Below, in pieces: positions 35,977 through 51,000 of a stretch of 64,000 bases of DNA (within the stretch, counting starts at the first letter, position 1; every line of letters starts with the position of its first letter). The stretch comes from Catajapyx aquilonaris (taxonomy: Eukaryota): assembly GCA_000934665.2 (NCBI GenBank), contig KZ538637.1:1-64000 (forward strand), read 5' to 3'. A program made the translations under genes and the position numbers. Under the pieces are notes generated by a model. The model searched no databases, had not been told where the DNA came from, and saw only the letters and a list, made by a program, of their open reading frames with translations.

Positions 35977-38900
35977 TCCAAAAAGAGTCCATTAATTTGA
36001 GTCGGATAAAGAAAGGTCAGAGAAGGCCTGCAGCGTCTCCAACTTTATGCTCGTGGGTGTACTACCTCAGGGCATGTAGCAGTCACTTGTTCACCAACCA
36101 AAAATTTCGGTGCCACATTTACAATATCGACCTCTGTGACCTCTGGCTAACAATCTCTATATAACAGTCCTACCACCGTACTCCCTGCTATAATCCACAC
36201 AAAGCTTGGACTCCAACGATGAAATCTACAACCAGATTTTCCTCCCTTGTGTTTATCCTCCAGAATGCAAAGGTGATAGTGAGGCAGGCGAGTGCCAACT
36301 CCAACAAGAAAAGCAGTCAGGTCATTGTGCGATCCAATCTGGTTCTCCCAAATCCCTTATCCCAGCAAAAGGCTGCGGCGGCCCGCCTGATGACAGCCCA
36401 GTGTTTTATTGGTAACCTGGTCTTCTCCTAGCTTTTTTTTTTTCTTTCCCCACCCCCATATAAGCCCTCCTCTGAAGAAAGCTGGTGTCTTCCATTCCGT
36501 TCCAGGCACACGTACATCCCAGTGGCCTTTTTTTTCTGGCGAGGGTTTCTCCCCGCAGCAAATGTCCAGGCGGCGGTCATATTGGGACGTGATCTTTCAC
36601 TCGGGAATAGGCCCAAGCTTCTTTTTTTTTATTTCTTTTTCCAAGCTAGAAGGTGCGATTGGTATGCCAAGGAACCCCAGGCAATTTCAGAGCGGGCCGC
36701 CTTCTCGATGCAGATTTGTATGCCCCGGAGCTTCGCAACTCGGCTACTTTTACGTCCCTTTCTGGCGAGCTGGGGTGTGGAGGGAGGGGTAGCTCGTTGG
36801 ACCTTTACCATTCCGGACCATCTTCGAAGGGGGGACATCACACGGAGGTGGGCAACCCAACGCACGTGTGCATCTATTCCAACTTTTATAGGATTGGGAA
36901 GCGCTCTCTGCAAATAAATCTGTATTGACGGTACTGTTATTGGCTGGACGAGGAGGCAGACATACAAAAATGGCGTGGTTAATTAGTGTGGAGCACATTT
37001 TTAATCCGGGTTGATTCAAAAAGGGGGATGATGGTAACTGATAGGGCTGAACGACGTTTGAGGAATCGACCTTTCTCTCTTTTCCATGGCAAAAGCTTTG
37101 TCTGTAATCTGGCTTTTTAGTCCCTGACGCCGTTTGTAGATGGAAGCAAAGCTGTGGCTTTTCGTCTGGAGATCCCCGTCTGCTATTAGCCTTCCCGGAC
37201 TATGTACGGTCGGTGGTATTGGAAATTGATTGCTGCAGAATTTGCATATCGAGGATGCGAAGCAACCCTCAATTCTATTAAAACGAGACGATTTATCATG
37301 TTCTGGTGGCGAAAACGCCGTGTCTTGGGGAGAATTTAGGGCTCAATTAGCGGATTCGGGCCGGGCGAGAAGGCAGCAAGAACCGAGCTATGACACCAAA
37401 GGTTTTTCGCCATGATTAATGAACCGGCATTGAAAACTCATTTGGATGAAACCTTTAAATTGAACCCTAGGGTGGGAGGCCTACCACCTCCCCACTCCCA
37501 ACCTCTATTCCTGCCCCTTCGCGACTGGCCAATCGTGAATCAGCACCGAACTTTTGATAACAAATTGGCAATCTCCACAGGGGTTTTTCTACAGAGAGAG
37601 GGGGTGAGGTGGAGGGCTGGGTTGGAAGAGGAATAGATGGTAATCCTTCGAGTTGGGATGTGTGGGTGAGCGCCGTCGGAGCCAGCCCAGCGTCGCCGTT
37701 CGTCATCCCAAAGCGAGGACATCAAAACAGAGATGGAACTTTTTGCCTATTTCCGATCGACGCAGTCGTTATTCCATCCTTCTCGCACACTGTAGGTCGC
37801 CTAAACCGTGCAAAAAAAAATATTTGAGATTGAAAGGAGATTTTTTTTTTCTGTGTTAGGATGAAAAACATTTTCAAGTTGCAACGTACACTTTTAAGTG
37901 GGCTTGAAATATCTGACAGCGCTGACGACTCCTTTTTTGTGCCTTACTCTGTGGATTATGTCTACAAGAATTATCTGCCTAATGGAAAAGGGGCTTTGAC
38001 TTGTTTGACTCATGTAAATACGAAAATATCCATCCGAATTCGATTTGACTGAAGATAGAATGAATTACCACATTATTGGCATATGATAGCATTTAATGTT
38101 CATAATAACGTAATGCCAGGATTTATCAGTATTTGCATAAATGTTACGATATACTCTTATATTTAAACTATATTTTGTGCAACCGATGGTAACAGTTTGA
38201 AACTTCAGATGCACAGTACCTTATACTCTCAGCTGTTATATTGTTAAATGGCATGTGATGCTGTTGTATAATGGACCAATGGTTTCGTCGCAACTGAAAT
38301 GCTTGCACAATTATTTGCAGATTCAGAATAGAAATATGACGACATGTGACTATAAAAGGTCTAATTTACGGTGCTTTGTAAAAGCATGTAGCTAGGTTAC
38401 AAGCGAGTTCACATTGCTACGTCAACATTAGTTAAAAAAGGAGAGTGGTTTGCACTGCATATGCATACATACAATGTCGTCTGTGTACATAGACTTTGTA
38501 AATTAAATGCCATTCGAGTGAAGAAAAATAATGAAATGCTAGTATTTGCACATAAGCAAATACTACCTCATCTTTTGAAGGAAGATATGTTGTTAATTGA
38601 TATGAAATGCTGTGCTTCTGATTACGCTACCTAGATAAATAAAGGCATGCAGATCTCTGAAAATCCTGCATTAGAGTGTGTGTAGTTGGTGACTTTGATT
38701 ATTATTCATATAAAAACAGAATTTGGTGGATTCATCGTAACATCATGATTTTCCCAGGATACCTGATGCAATGTGGTGTACATAAAACATATTCATATTG
38801 TGGTAGAATGTTATCACATGTCACAGTTTACCATACCTCCACCCACTTACTTTTTTACAGTAACTAACCTATAGTCTAACCAAGCTGTAACACTTCTTTG

Positions 38901-41900
38901 GCACCCTCGAAATCGAATGATTCATACAAATGATACCGGGCGGCGAATGGTCGTATGCAAATAGTGGAAGGCCATCTAAGGTGAAAAAGTGCGCGGCCAT
39001 GTTTCGAGGCAGGAGGGTCTACCAGAGTATCCCCCATCTCGGACATTAGGCACGTCCAAGAGAGAAGTGGAGCAGGAAGCCATTTCGGACTTTCTCCTGG
39101 AGCTCGGAATCCCATTCCGTTCCTATACTGACTTCTCCTCCTCCTCTTCCTCCTTCTCCTTCTCCTCCTCATTCGTATCCGTCAAGACAGGCCAGATAAA
39201 TATCCCTGTCCACTCGGCCGACTTTACGGGACAATCGGAACGAGCTAATGCTCCCGGGGCCCCGGCCAGTAATGCGTCGTTAGAGTGGTTTAAGGCGGGA
39301 GTGTGCCCGGTCCGGGGGAAACTGGCGAATAAAATATGTAGCATCAACATTTCGCAATCCTAGTGAAAAGCCCGGAAGCAAATTGAACTCGGGGGCTACT
39401 CTCCAGGGCTTCATGAATCAGCTTAAAAAGTTCGGAACGGTTTATTGGAGAAAGTTCCACGGGGTAGTAAAACGGAGGGGGAGGAGGGGTGGGGAGTAGG
39501 GAGGGTGTAGTAGTGTGTAGTATAGCGGACCAACCAGCTTGATTATCTCCTTTGGTCCGATTCGGCCCAAGCCAAAGACCTTCATCCCATTGGGTTCGGA
39601 ATAGGAAATAACCTTNCTCCGTCCCTACTTCTCCTCCCTCCTCCTATTTTTTTTTCTTCGGAACCATTTACAGAGGAAAGTGATGGATTGTAAAACGACG
39701 CAGAGGGCCAGCCCAAGCGAGGCTTTTCCGGATGAAGAAGATGGTCGCGCTCTGGAAATTGAGGCCCAGGCAAATGGGATTAGAGGGGAGGTGGGGGAAA
39801 GGAAGATCGGAGGGGGTGGGATGGGAAGATTGGGGGAGGTGTGGGAGGGGTCAGGATGACCGCTTGATCGCTTGCCTTGCCTTGCCTTACACTTCAAATT
39901 TCCGGTACGAATCATCTTCATTCTCTGGCACGTTCCAACGCTTCCAATGGAATTAACTCAAATAAGCAGGAGTGATGGAACGCGGCTACCTATATAGTTC
40001 GAAGGATAATTTGTAGCACGTGCAGTTTCCCCTCTTGGCCAGAAAATGCAAATGTAGGTTTTTCTTTTTTTTTGCCCTTTTTTTGCCAAAATGGATCCAT
40101 ACTGTGGTCCACTTGATGAAACGTGACAGGCACCCTTGAGCAATTCTGAATCCAGACTCACTTAACTCGATGAGAGGAAGCAGCGGCCCAAACACAGGAG
40201 AGGAAGGCAAAGTGGGAAAGGAACGTGGCCGCTGACCAAAAGGAGCCGTGGAGGGTTTCAAAGGGTGTGAGGTGGAGGGGGTTTCAAAGGAGTCTTCGCC
40301 CGGTTCCATGCAGAACTGCCCTGGAAGAAGATCAAAGGCAGGGGCCGATTGCCAATTGGACGAATCGCGTTTCACGGGGAGATGGCCTCCTCTTCCAAGG
40401 ACGGTCCAGAGGTGAAGATGCTGGTCTGCCCCTTCCTTTACATGTGGCTATCTCCCAGATATTTGTTTTCTCTGAGCTCACTTCAAAGGGATCGAAAGCT
40501 TTTTGAGGCCCTCTGTGTAAGCCTTTCCTGGCCCAGGCATTGATCTGTTGGCATGACCATTAGCAGGTTTTTTTGTCCGATCTTCCTAATTATGCGCATC
40601 ATGTTTGGTGAAGGGTGAAGGGGCTTGGGCGGAACCATGTGAACAAGATAACTTGAGCCGGAATTATGCTGGCCTGCTGTTTTCAAGTTCCGGAAATATT
40701 AAAAGGCACTCTCAAGGTATTTTGCGCCCACTAATGCCCTTGCCTTTACTGCCCGCATTTGCATATAAATTTATAAATTAAAATATTTGGAAGAAAATAG
40801 ATGAGGGACAACAAACACCCGCCCAGAATTGCTAAAACATTCGCTGGATATGAGGTGGGTGGACGCCGCTCTGGCATTAAGGGTCTGGGATTAAAAAATA
40901 ACAAAGTTGCCAGGATAAAATTTTTGTCCTTGAAGGAATTCCACATTGTATGCATTTCAGAAAATAACTTCAGCGCAATTGTAATGTGAGAGTGGTCGTG
41001 AACTAATATATTTCATAATAATATTATTTCATATTTCCGTTGGGTTCAAAGCTGTGGCACAGTTATGTAAAATGTACCTAATATTGGTCTAGTGTGTGAT
41101 CTCAAAATAATCGCTTCTTCAAAATATCTCGTCGATATTTGAATTTTTCACACGTTGGCGCCTGAAATCATTGCGAAATCCGGTTAGTATAGAGCTTTAA
41201 TTCTGAGACATGTAGTTAAATATTGTCAAAAAATTTCATCACATATTCTGATCATACCACCATTCGGATTAGGCCTAACACCTAAGTTACAGTAAGTTTA
41301 TTATTATCAATTTGTGCACTTTGTTGAAACAGTGTGAACATTCCCTGATTCCGAGAAGTGCCTGTATCTGTATAGCAGGACTATACAAAAAAAGCATAAA
41401 AATAAACGAACTCTCTATAAAGTGACAGCGCGTAACACTTGTCGCATGTTTTTGAATGTAAGCGTAAATGAGCGCAAGATGTAAATATAATTTTATTGCC
41501 GTGCAGTTGATGCCGGAGTAAAAGTTTAAGCGAAAATTTGTGAAGTGTGCCAAAGTCAGAGCTGGAAGAGTCGCCCCCAACTGTTCCTCCTTCTCTTCCC
41601 GCATCTAATGAAGAAGTGCGGCGTGGCGGTGTTGACAGAAGAAATATTGTGACACAAGGTTAGCAGCTTAATGGGAGTAAATGGCGGAAGAATAAAGAGC
41701 GGGCTAGGAAGTGTAATCAAAATCTTTCCTTTGCACTGGAAACGGAGGTAATAATTGTCTTATTTCGCCCGAGTTAGTGCCCGAAGGAGTCAAGTTTCTC
41801 GGGGAAAGGTTTGCACAGGGAGTAATTCCACACCTTACAGCGGTCGGCTTATTGTGCAGGATAAATGACCCGGAATTGAAAGGGAAGACGTTTCACTTTT

Positions 41901-42940
41901 ATGCCCTGCTTAATGGCAAGAATGAACCTGAAAAGTGTTCTTAGGCTGATGTAGTACAAGCCTGTATAGTCCATCGCCGTCTCTCTTTCAACGACAAAAT
42001 TGTCCAAAAACGCTATAAAATGGTGAGATAATTTTTGGGGGGACCAACTTGAATAGCACCGGTTCCTTGGTGATGAATTACGGCGCATTATCACATCGCG
42101 TCAGAAATGAAGTTGTCCCGCACAAGACCCAGGCCAGGTGGCAGACTCGTTAAATGTGGGCAGTGGGCCGGTCCACCTCCGGTTAATTATAAGGAGGGCA
42201 AGTAGATGGGCAGAGACAATGGGCGGCGACCGGAAGGCCCCTCATTGTTCTCTCTCAGCAGCCAGATCCAGTTCCGAATGCGGCTGGCTCACCATTCTCC
42301 TTGGACCACACCCGTTTTGTTTCCCTCCCTACCCCCCCTCCTCCCCTTCTATAGCTCCTTCCCCCTCTCGCTACAGAAGTTGGACGGCATAACTTGGCCT
42401 TTCCTTATACCACCCGGAGGAGTCTATAGAATCCCTTTTCTCTCTCTATCTCACTCCCTCCAAAGAAGGCTAGAGAGAGGCCCGGGCATTCGCCTTGCCC
42501 AACACTTTGCATACTGCTCCCGTGATTTATTGCCGTCTCGGCCCTCTGGATTCCTATCGCCATATGCTCCCAGCAAAGTTTGGGGAGGGAGGCAGAAGAA
42601 AAGGGCGGCCGTTTTCATTTTGCTGCATTCAGTTAATCAGGCCCGACATGATAAATGTGAGGTTTTCTTGCTTGCCTTGCCATCTTAGAAGAGCTAAAGG
42701 AAGGAGGTGGTGGTGGGGGGTGGTGAGGTTAGCTGGGGTGGGGTAGGGGGGGTTGGGAGGGAGACCTCGCAGACTTCGATCTGAAGGAGGCCGGGCTCCC
42801 TTTACAATGACCAAGGAATGGGAGGCATTATGTAAGCACCGAATTTCCCAGACCAAATGGTTCCCATCTCATGCATTTGGACCGACATGGTCATTGACAC
42901 GCCAATGGGTTTCTCCTCCTCCAACTGCCTCCCACATCTC

Positions 42941-42974
42941 CCTCCTCCTCCTCCTCCTCCTCCTCCTCCTCCTC
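42941..42974. repeat. (CCT)n microsatellite
   Basis: About 11 CCT units. It is the source of the poly-P/L/G/E ORFs. Confidence 0.95.
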
Positions 42975-44890
42975 CCCCTTTTCCCACCCCTCAGTCTGCC
43001 AAATTGCCTGGCGTGCCAAAAAGACCCCTTGCGGCACACGAAGAAAAGATCCCCCGCTCCATTTGTCTACAGGAATTGGAGGCTCAAAACAGGGTCGAAG
43101 GCACGAGCCCGCAATTTTCCTACCTTCAAATTTTGCCAAATAACTTATGCTGGTCTGGTCGCCACTCACACTGTCCCAGTCAATTCAGATCAACTTGTGC
43201 TCACATTGCTCTTTGACACATTCCCAATAACACCTGTATGAATAGTGGGCTACTGATATTGTCAAAAGTCCGGACAGTTTGGTCAAGTTAGCCATGGATA
43301 CTTAATTATACATGTGACCTGGTAAATGTACTGTTGACAATGTAACACCTTTAAAAGAGGCGGATTCCAAAGTCCCCTAAGTCCATTTTTGTTGTTTTGA
43401 GAAATTTGAGTTTTTCTTGGCATCAATAACAATGTGATTTGAGAAAACTCTCTGATTTTTGAGCTTGGAGTTAGGGATATTTGGTGTGTTCTGACCTCGG
43501 GAGGAGGTGGGGAGTACCATAAGCTACCAATAGATGCCATCAGCTCATTTTTCATGAAAATGGACTTAGGGGACTTTGGAATCCCACTCTTTTTTTCTAA
43601 GACATTCCGGTTTTGAGTTGCAAGCATATATCCTAACAGTATTGGGCTGAGCTTGGACCTAAGAGGGTTGATGATATATATTGTTCCATTTTTTTTCTGA
43701 CTGCTGGGGTTGGTCGTTGGCTGTGACACGTGCCGCCGGGCCCTTACAGAAGGCTATGGCTGTTTCTGCCGGCCTATCGACCCCATCCTAGCGGTGATTT
43801 AAGAACGCCTAATGACGACCACTGCAACTGGGCCACGTTTTCCCCAAGACCCGCAGCCTACATGTTCATTGTTCGCCCTCTGCATGGCCCCGGGGCTCGC
43901 TACTCCGAATACAAGTTGGGCCTCCATAAAGCAGAAGGCAGGCAACATTGATCCGACTCTATCGCAGATCAAAAAATTAATAAAATGAGTGACATAAAAG
44001 ATGGTCTGCGACGCAGTGTTTTGTAGCAAGCAGCAGCTAAGCATAGTAGCACGAAAGGACCATCAGTCGAGGCGATGGCGGCAGCAGTTCCCTTCCCAGA
44101 AGCAAGTGGCCCGGGTGTTTTTCCGGGGCGATCAGCACTTTGCCAGCCTTATCAAATTTTCATCCTGTCTTGAGGAGAAACAATGGCGTCCCAGGAGAGG
44201 ACTCGGGGCCCGCCAACTTGGATTGTTTATCCCCCACTCGCCAATCGCCGGCCTCCGTCCCGGATTCTCCCCGGGGATATTTCCGGGAGTGGGAAGAAAA
44301 GGGGGGAAGGCGGTTCACGGGGGGGGGAGGCTCGGACAAGTTTCTCTTTCCGGAAGGCCTAGGAAATTCATCATCACTGTTCTAGATCCTTGCTAGACGT
44401 CCCCGAGGTGTAAGAGGAATTTGCTTTACACTCGCAGAGATTTTTGCGTGGGCCAGATATTTTTGCCACCATCAAAGATGGCATGCAAATAGTATTAATT
44501 TTTTAATGCTGCGCCCTACCTACGTAGATTGTTTATACAATGCCGGCAGATCTAGTATGTCGATCTGTACATGAACTGCTTTCAGTTTTAAGACACTGTA
44601 TGCACGACGTATGCTAATGTGAAACTATAGGCATTTAATTACATTTGATGGATTTCGATTTTAAAATGTGCTGGTAAATGTCACGTCTTGTGATTTATAA
44701 TCTTGTTATCAAACTAACACGCGTGTTGGTATCAAAGTTGTAGAACTCAGGTGTAATATATTTTATAAATCTCTTATCATGAATATACGGTATTTTTGCT
44801 AATTTGGAAATACTACTGTATAACTAAATTTACATGGTACCATTCTTTAAAAAATGTAGTAAATACATAGCACAAACCAAAATATACCTC

Positions 44891-45046
44891 CAAGGGGTTA
44901 ACCACTTCGGTACTCCGGTGTACACCTGCAGTGGTATACAGTATACTCCCAGGTACTCCTTAGGTATCTTACTCTTTGGTACTCCTTGGAACTCCTTGAA
45001 TTTGGTACTCCAGTGTACACTTTACAGTCGAATGGTTAACCCCTTG
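44891..45046. mobile_element. Small MITE-like element with TTAA-containing inverted ends (piggyBac-like) and internal GGTACTCC repeats
   Basis: CAAGGGGTTAACCA at 44891 and TGGTTAACCCCTTG ending 45046 form a perfect 14-bp inverted repeat. About 6 (GG)TACTCC-like units lie inside. GGTACTCCRGTGTACAC is directly repeated at about 44909 and 45004. Confidence 0.6.
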
Positions 45047-48000
45047 TATACCTTGTATACCTTATTCTTTTGCGTTTTGAGCTCTTTATCACCATGTGTT
45101 TCAATTGAATTGTCAGTATGGCATAATAGTTAGAATAAATTGGCACTAAGCTCCACATTCGTACAGTTACTTTTACAGGCTGCAAAAATTAAATACTAAG
45201 AATATATGTGGAATGAAAATATTTCTTGTTAACCAGTGCAGAGAAGTTTGGACTAGAAAATAGGAAATTAAACCCGCGACCTCTGAAGCCCATGAAAAAT
45301 ATTGGTCATATGCAAGGTTTCAGCCCGGATTCTGTAACAATGTTTCATTTATATCTCTATTATATTTGCACCGATCTTTGCTAATTTAGCTGGGGAGCTT
45401 AATGAAATAAGCCCGCAACTAATTGATTGCGTACATGGTATTGCAATATACGCATCTCCTTCCCTATCATATGTAACAAATGCAAGAGCAGGTCAATGAT
45501 CTCAGCAGAGAAACCCTAATTTTATCACTACCAGCAGTAGCCTAATGTTTTGAAAACCTGTAGAAGATTTTGTTCGAAAATAACTGCTTAATAATGAGCA
45601 GCTTAATGGCAAAAATCTATAACCCCTATGGACACTTCAATATACAGCAGAAACACACAGAATAAAATAATAGCGATCTTTAGAAACCAAATGTATAGCA
45701 TTAATTTACTCCGGCATGAACAATTATTGTACTAATTTGCCTGCTTGCAAAAAATGTGTGTGATTAACAATATTTAGGTTACATTTATCACAAAATATTA
45801 GTAGAATGAGTGAATTAGAAGAGCCAATTAAAAGTTGCTGGTAAAGTAATCTAACAGCAGTTCCGTCACTTCTGTCATTTATTAAACTTCAAATTTCTAG
45901 TCTACTGAATGTTTTAAAGAATAATGGTAAAGAAAATCGGAAACAACAGCTCCTGGCTTATAGTCATCAAGAATGGAGCATTCTTGAAAGTATCCGGACT
46001 AGCGAAAAACACAAACCACTATAACAACATCCCGTTTATGCAAATTACAAGCTCATAAAACCCTTGCAACTATCATTATTTCTTGAATGGTTCGCCACTT
46101 TCTCAGTACTAATTGTCCTTCATAATTAATTATCAGCACTGCGCTACCCACATACATCTTGTGGAAACTATAAAATCTGCACGCCTTCGATCAAGACACC
46201 TACAATGTGATTATTTCGTGAGCTCCTAAACAATTCACGAAGAGAAAACAGTGGGCGGGGCAAAAAATTAGCTTCCTTTCTTTGATGGTTTACGTAAGGA
46301 AGAAGAAGGGGAAGTTTAAAAAAAGAGGGAGGTAAAAAAAAAGCATCTATAGGTCTCCTGCAAGGCTAAGCCAAACTCCAGCTTCGATCATCCGTTGGGC
46401 CCCCAAGGGACTTCTCCGTTCCTTTCCTTCTCAATTTCTTTGGGGATGTCATCTCATTGCTCCTCTGGAAGAAAGATGCACAGAAGCCAGATCACCTTTC
46501 CTTGGAAGAAGGAAAGGAATGGGGGAGGGAAAGGGGGGAGGCCAGTGATTTTCATTCGCCATGGTAACTTTGCAGGGATCATGTCTCTGATGCCACCCAC
46601 TAATTAGTTTCACAATTAGTTCCTTCACGAGGTTCCAAAAACGGTCTACCCGACTGCTATTTCCAATTCTTGCAACTTATTAATGTTTAGCTTTCTGGAA
46701 TGGCAAATTATAATACAACCCATTTCGACATGTAAATTGTGGGAGAAAGGGCTGAGTGCATATTTTGAATGACAGTAGCTGGAGCCAAGAGGTGGTGCTT
46801 CTGAAGGCGCCTCAAACAGGCTTTGTCAACTTCCAAGGACTTCGCTTTCCATTCGAAACACTCCAGGATTCCCAGTCTTATATATACCGCAGTTATCAAA
46901 TTATTATCGAAGTTTTAATTTTAATTCCATTAAAAAATTGGCCTGTTTTTTCATCAGAACTCGCGATGATAAACTTGTAAATGTCACACACTCATTATCC
47001 ACTTTAAATAGAACAATTATAACATTTTATTTTATTTTTTACACGTGGTTTTTCGATTTGATTAAATGATTAGGCCTTACTCAAATGGATAAGATATTCA
47101 TTAAAATTGATTGATTGAGTTGGAAGAAAATGTTAACTTACAACGATTGGGCGTCATATCAAATGTATTTCATTCAAAATAACGCTCATTTTTCAAATAG
47201 GCGGTTGAATCAAATGTGAGACACGCTCAAATGAACAGTAGCAAGCGGCCATGAGTACCAACCGGAAGTGGGTGCCGCTAAGTGTCCGTTATAGAGGATC
47301 CGGCTGTCCCCAAGTTGGTGTTGGCAAACGGTATAGTGCTCATCAGGCGTTGGATAGCGGCTACCAGGTGGCTTAGCCTTTCACCACTGTCCACAGACCT
47401 TATCTCCCCCTTCATCTCTCATCCGAAGGGTTGACGATTACAAACCCTTGTCACCAAATGAGAGGTTTTAGGGGGCTCTCAGAGTGCTGCCGAAGCGGTC
47501 AGTTTGCAGCGTCAAGACCCCATCTGCATGCGCCTAGCTGCCCATATCTTTCCCCACTACATTCCCCATATACGAGTCTGCAGCTGAGCCTCGAATATTA
47601 TCTTGTCCGAATTCGCAGGAGGAAATGGGGAGGGGGATATGGGGAGGGGGAGGGGGCAACCTCCTCGCCGTGATATATTTTATGGCTCGATTTAATGTTG
47701 CACTTTGCCAGGCCATTTTCACTTTTCGCCTGCTAATTGAGATCTGCAGGCAGCTCTCGTTGTGTGACTCAGCAAATCAGTTTTGTTCTTGTTATATTCT
47801 CTACCGATTTCATATAGCGTGGAAAAGATACCCGCCTTTGATATGGTGGGCTTATATGCCTTGAATTATGAATAATAGTATGGGTTTTACTCTGTTAGAT
47901 GTATGTACAGTAGGTATATACGGGAGCGCTTTTGTACTTATGCTTTGTTAGTAGCACAAAAGGATTTACGTTAGCTACATTCTGAAAGTCACAGGCCAAG

Positions 48001-51000
48001 AGTTTGTGTAGAGAAGACAATGGCCTTCTATCCTGTTAGTCAGGCAACCTATGAACCTTTCTTGACTTGCAAGTGGTACTGCAGCAGGCTCCTTTACGCC
48101 CCAGGCTATGCTGCACTTACTGACCGTGACGAATCTGTGCTCCTGCTACAAGGGTTTAGACTTTTAGACAGCCGGTTTAATAAATAATCGAATGAATGAA
48201 TATGGTCGATATAAATATTTTAGGATGTAAAATAAGCTATTCCACGAAAAAAGAGGTCATTCAATATTAAATGAAACTCAGATCGAGCGGCTCTTGTCTC
48301 ACATTCGATACTGTTATAATGTACAGTATAGGCTATATCAGACTGTATCGGCGGTGTGGAGCAGTTCAATACTTTTAATTTTTTATATTTGTCGTAAGTT
48401 TTCGTCGTTTCCTTATGTCGGGTTTGTAATGGTATTGAGGGGATATTTTTCAAAATCCAATATGAATGCCCTATTCCGTACCGTATAAAAAGCGGTTACA
48501 GTAAAAATCACAAAATGAATATTATTTTAAACTTTTCTGTAGCAATTATACAGTAACTTTTATTCACTTTTATGACCGGGCAGTTTCAACATGTAATTTA
48601 TGGTTGGCTAATACCCTGACATTTAGCTACTTGACTGTAAAGTTCCCGTGGAGCATTACTCCCTGGAGTGTGGCTAAAAATTAATATAGCTTGAAAAACA
48701 ACACCAATACTTGGATTAAAATTCAAGCACAATAGCAACATCATAATTTGACATTTTATCAGAAAGTACATGTCAAATTAAAATTAGTTTATGTGAACAG
48801 GACACCTCATCCCACTGTACATATAATATAAACAATAACAACTGTTGTGGTCAGTAAGTCGTTGGTGCACTGTCCGAAAACAAAAAAAACCAAGCGCAGA
48901 AAAGCGTGGGAGGGTCTGAGCGTCCAATGGAACCGAAGAGTGGTCAATAGAGGGGCCAGTGTGGAAGAGGAGATCGATCCAATGGAAGTAGTCTGGACGA
49001 GGTGGGATCCGGCACCAGCCCCCATTGGCCGGCGTGTGTCTAGGCCGCCACTGGCCACGCACTGGGCACGGGCCAGCCCCATGAATAATGTATTTCAACA
49101 AGGGACAGGGAGCAAGGGGAAAACAGCTACTGGACCCTTCGGCTTGCTCCCCCAGCAGCCTCTCCTTTCATGACGCCTCACCTGCCCACTGCATACATGG
49201 GGTCTCCGGCTGCTGGGCACAGTCTGCTCTACTTTTGGAACCATGTTTTTTTGTGTTAGTCCGATTCATTTTGACCCGTTTTCCAGTTCTCACTCCGGTT
49301 TGGCCGACAGTGGCGGTCATCATTTCATCATTCATGCCTCGGGCCAGTTGCTCATTTGGACGGGGTATCAACCCCTAACTGCGCGTTACCGGGAGCAATA
49401 TTCTAGGGGGACGTGCTCTAAAGGTGGATTGTTTCGTGGTGATTATGAGCGATTGGGTGAATTAAATATGGTGAGCTGCCTTTTTGTCCGAAAGTAAACT
49501 TACAGGGAGAGGCACTGGGGGTCCCTTTGGAATTATATGCCGATTAGATTTCTAGTCAAATAAAAGCGTTCGATTTATTATTAATGCAGTTTGCTATACT
49601 TATATGAAAAAGATTCAATGTGCAGTGACTATCTCGTTCCAAATCTATACTGAGGTGGTAGACTATATGTATCTACTAGCTATTTAGCAAGGTGAAGGTT
49701 AGGAGAAACCATCTCCCGGTATGCAGTGCATATAGCACTTTAAATAAAATACTGATTAATATTCTGTAAAAGGTAGAATAATATAATTAAAACATACCGT
49801 ATTCCAAAAGTATTTTCAATTGAAATTTTCAGTCACCTACTACGGGAATTTACTGCCATCGCATTACGTTCTAAAATGAAGAAGACAATAAGAGTATTTT
49901 TCAGGATTAATTGAATTTGTTAGTGATAGTGTAGCCTATTTACTGTGTATTTATGATGGTTAAATAATTGTTTTTTTTGCCAATTGGGAACAAACTTGAA
50001 ATATAAAAAACCTTACGCCTGTAATCATATTCAAATAAGAATAATTATGTTAACTCGCTGCTATGTTCACTACAGCATAGGCCTGGCGGCCGGTATAGAG
50101 TACCTTTTTACGATGCAATTGACTAGAAAATTCACCATTGCAAATTACAAAATAATGAAAGACTGTCCTGAAATTTTATGGCAGGACAGAAATGTATTGA
50201 AAATAATATTTTGGTACTAAACGAAAAATGACTAATGGAATATAGTGTCCATTGACTCCGTTACAGGCAAGGTTCACTGTCTAAATTTTTAAAACTATAT
50301 AGTGCCGTCTCTTCTTCGGTTTGTAATGTTGAATTTGCCAAATCCCAGGATGCAACGCTATTGAACAGTTCAATTAATTCATTATTTTGTCTGCAATGAA
50401 ATTAGTGACTTGAATGCAGTGTAAAAAAATTGGTCTGTTTGCATCCAGAACCTCCAGGATAAAAAAAATCCGGACCTAAACCTGTCTAGAGGAAGTAATG
50501 GCTGAAGTAGGAAATCAGACACGATTCATAAGTCAAAATGCAGGAGGCGACTTATCTGCAAGTGAGAGCCCGAAATATTTCAAGGGGCGTAAGGAACGCC
50601 CAAGGTCCATCTGGACGTGCCAGAAAAAAAGGCAATCTGGCATTCAAGTTTATGGGAAAGGAAGATGACGCGGAATGGAACCTGAATGGAAGGCGGGTAG
50701 ACGATCCTTAGGTGACGTCGTGACAGATTTAGGCCCTTTGATGGCATTTTTTCCTCTTCCCCCCACACGATCTTCCTTCTGGGACGTCATCTTGCGGGAG
50801 ACCATCATAGTTCCAGCAAAGCGTGCAATGCGGAGTCTCCCCCGTCATATATTGCCCACAAGGATTGAATTTGGAGGGAAATAATGGCCTCGTATTGAAC
50901 AGGAAGCATAAAAATGCAGATAGGAGCGTTTGATGTATTCAGCAGACTAATCTCATATGCGGTCAGCGGAGTCTGCTGGCTCACCTTCTATCCTGGAAAT

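Noticed and set aside
49651..49671. let-7-like TGAGGTGGTAGACTATATGT
   Set aside because: It has a seed mismatch and several other differences, and no pre-miRNA star arm.
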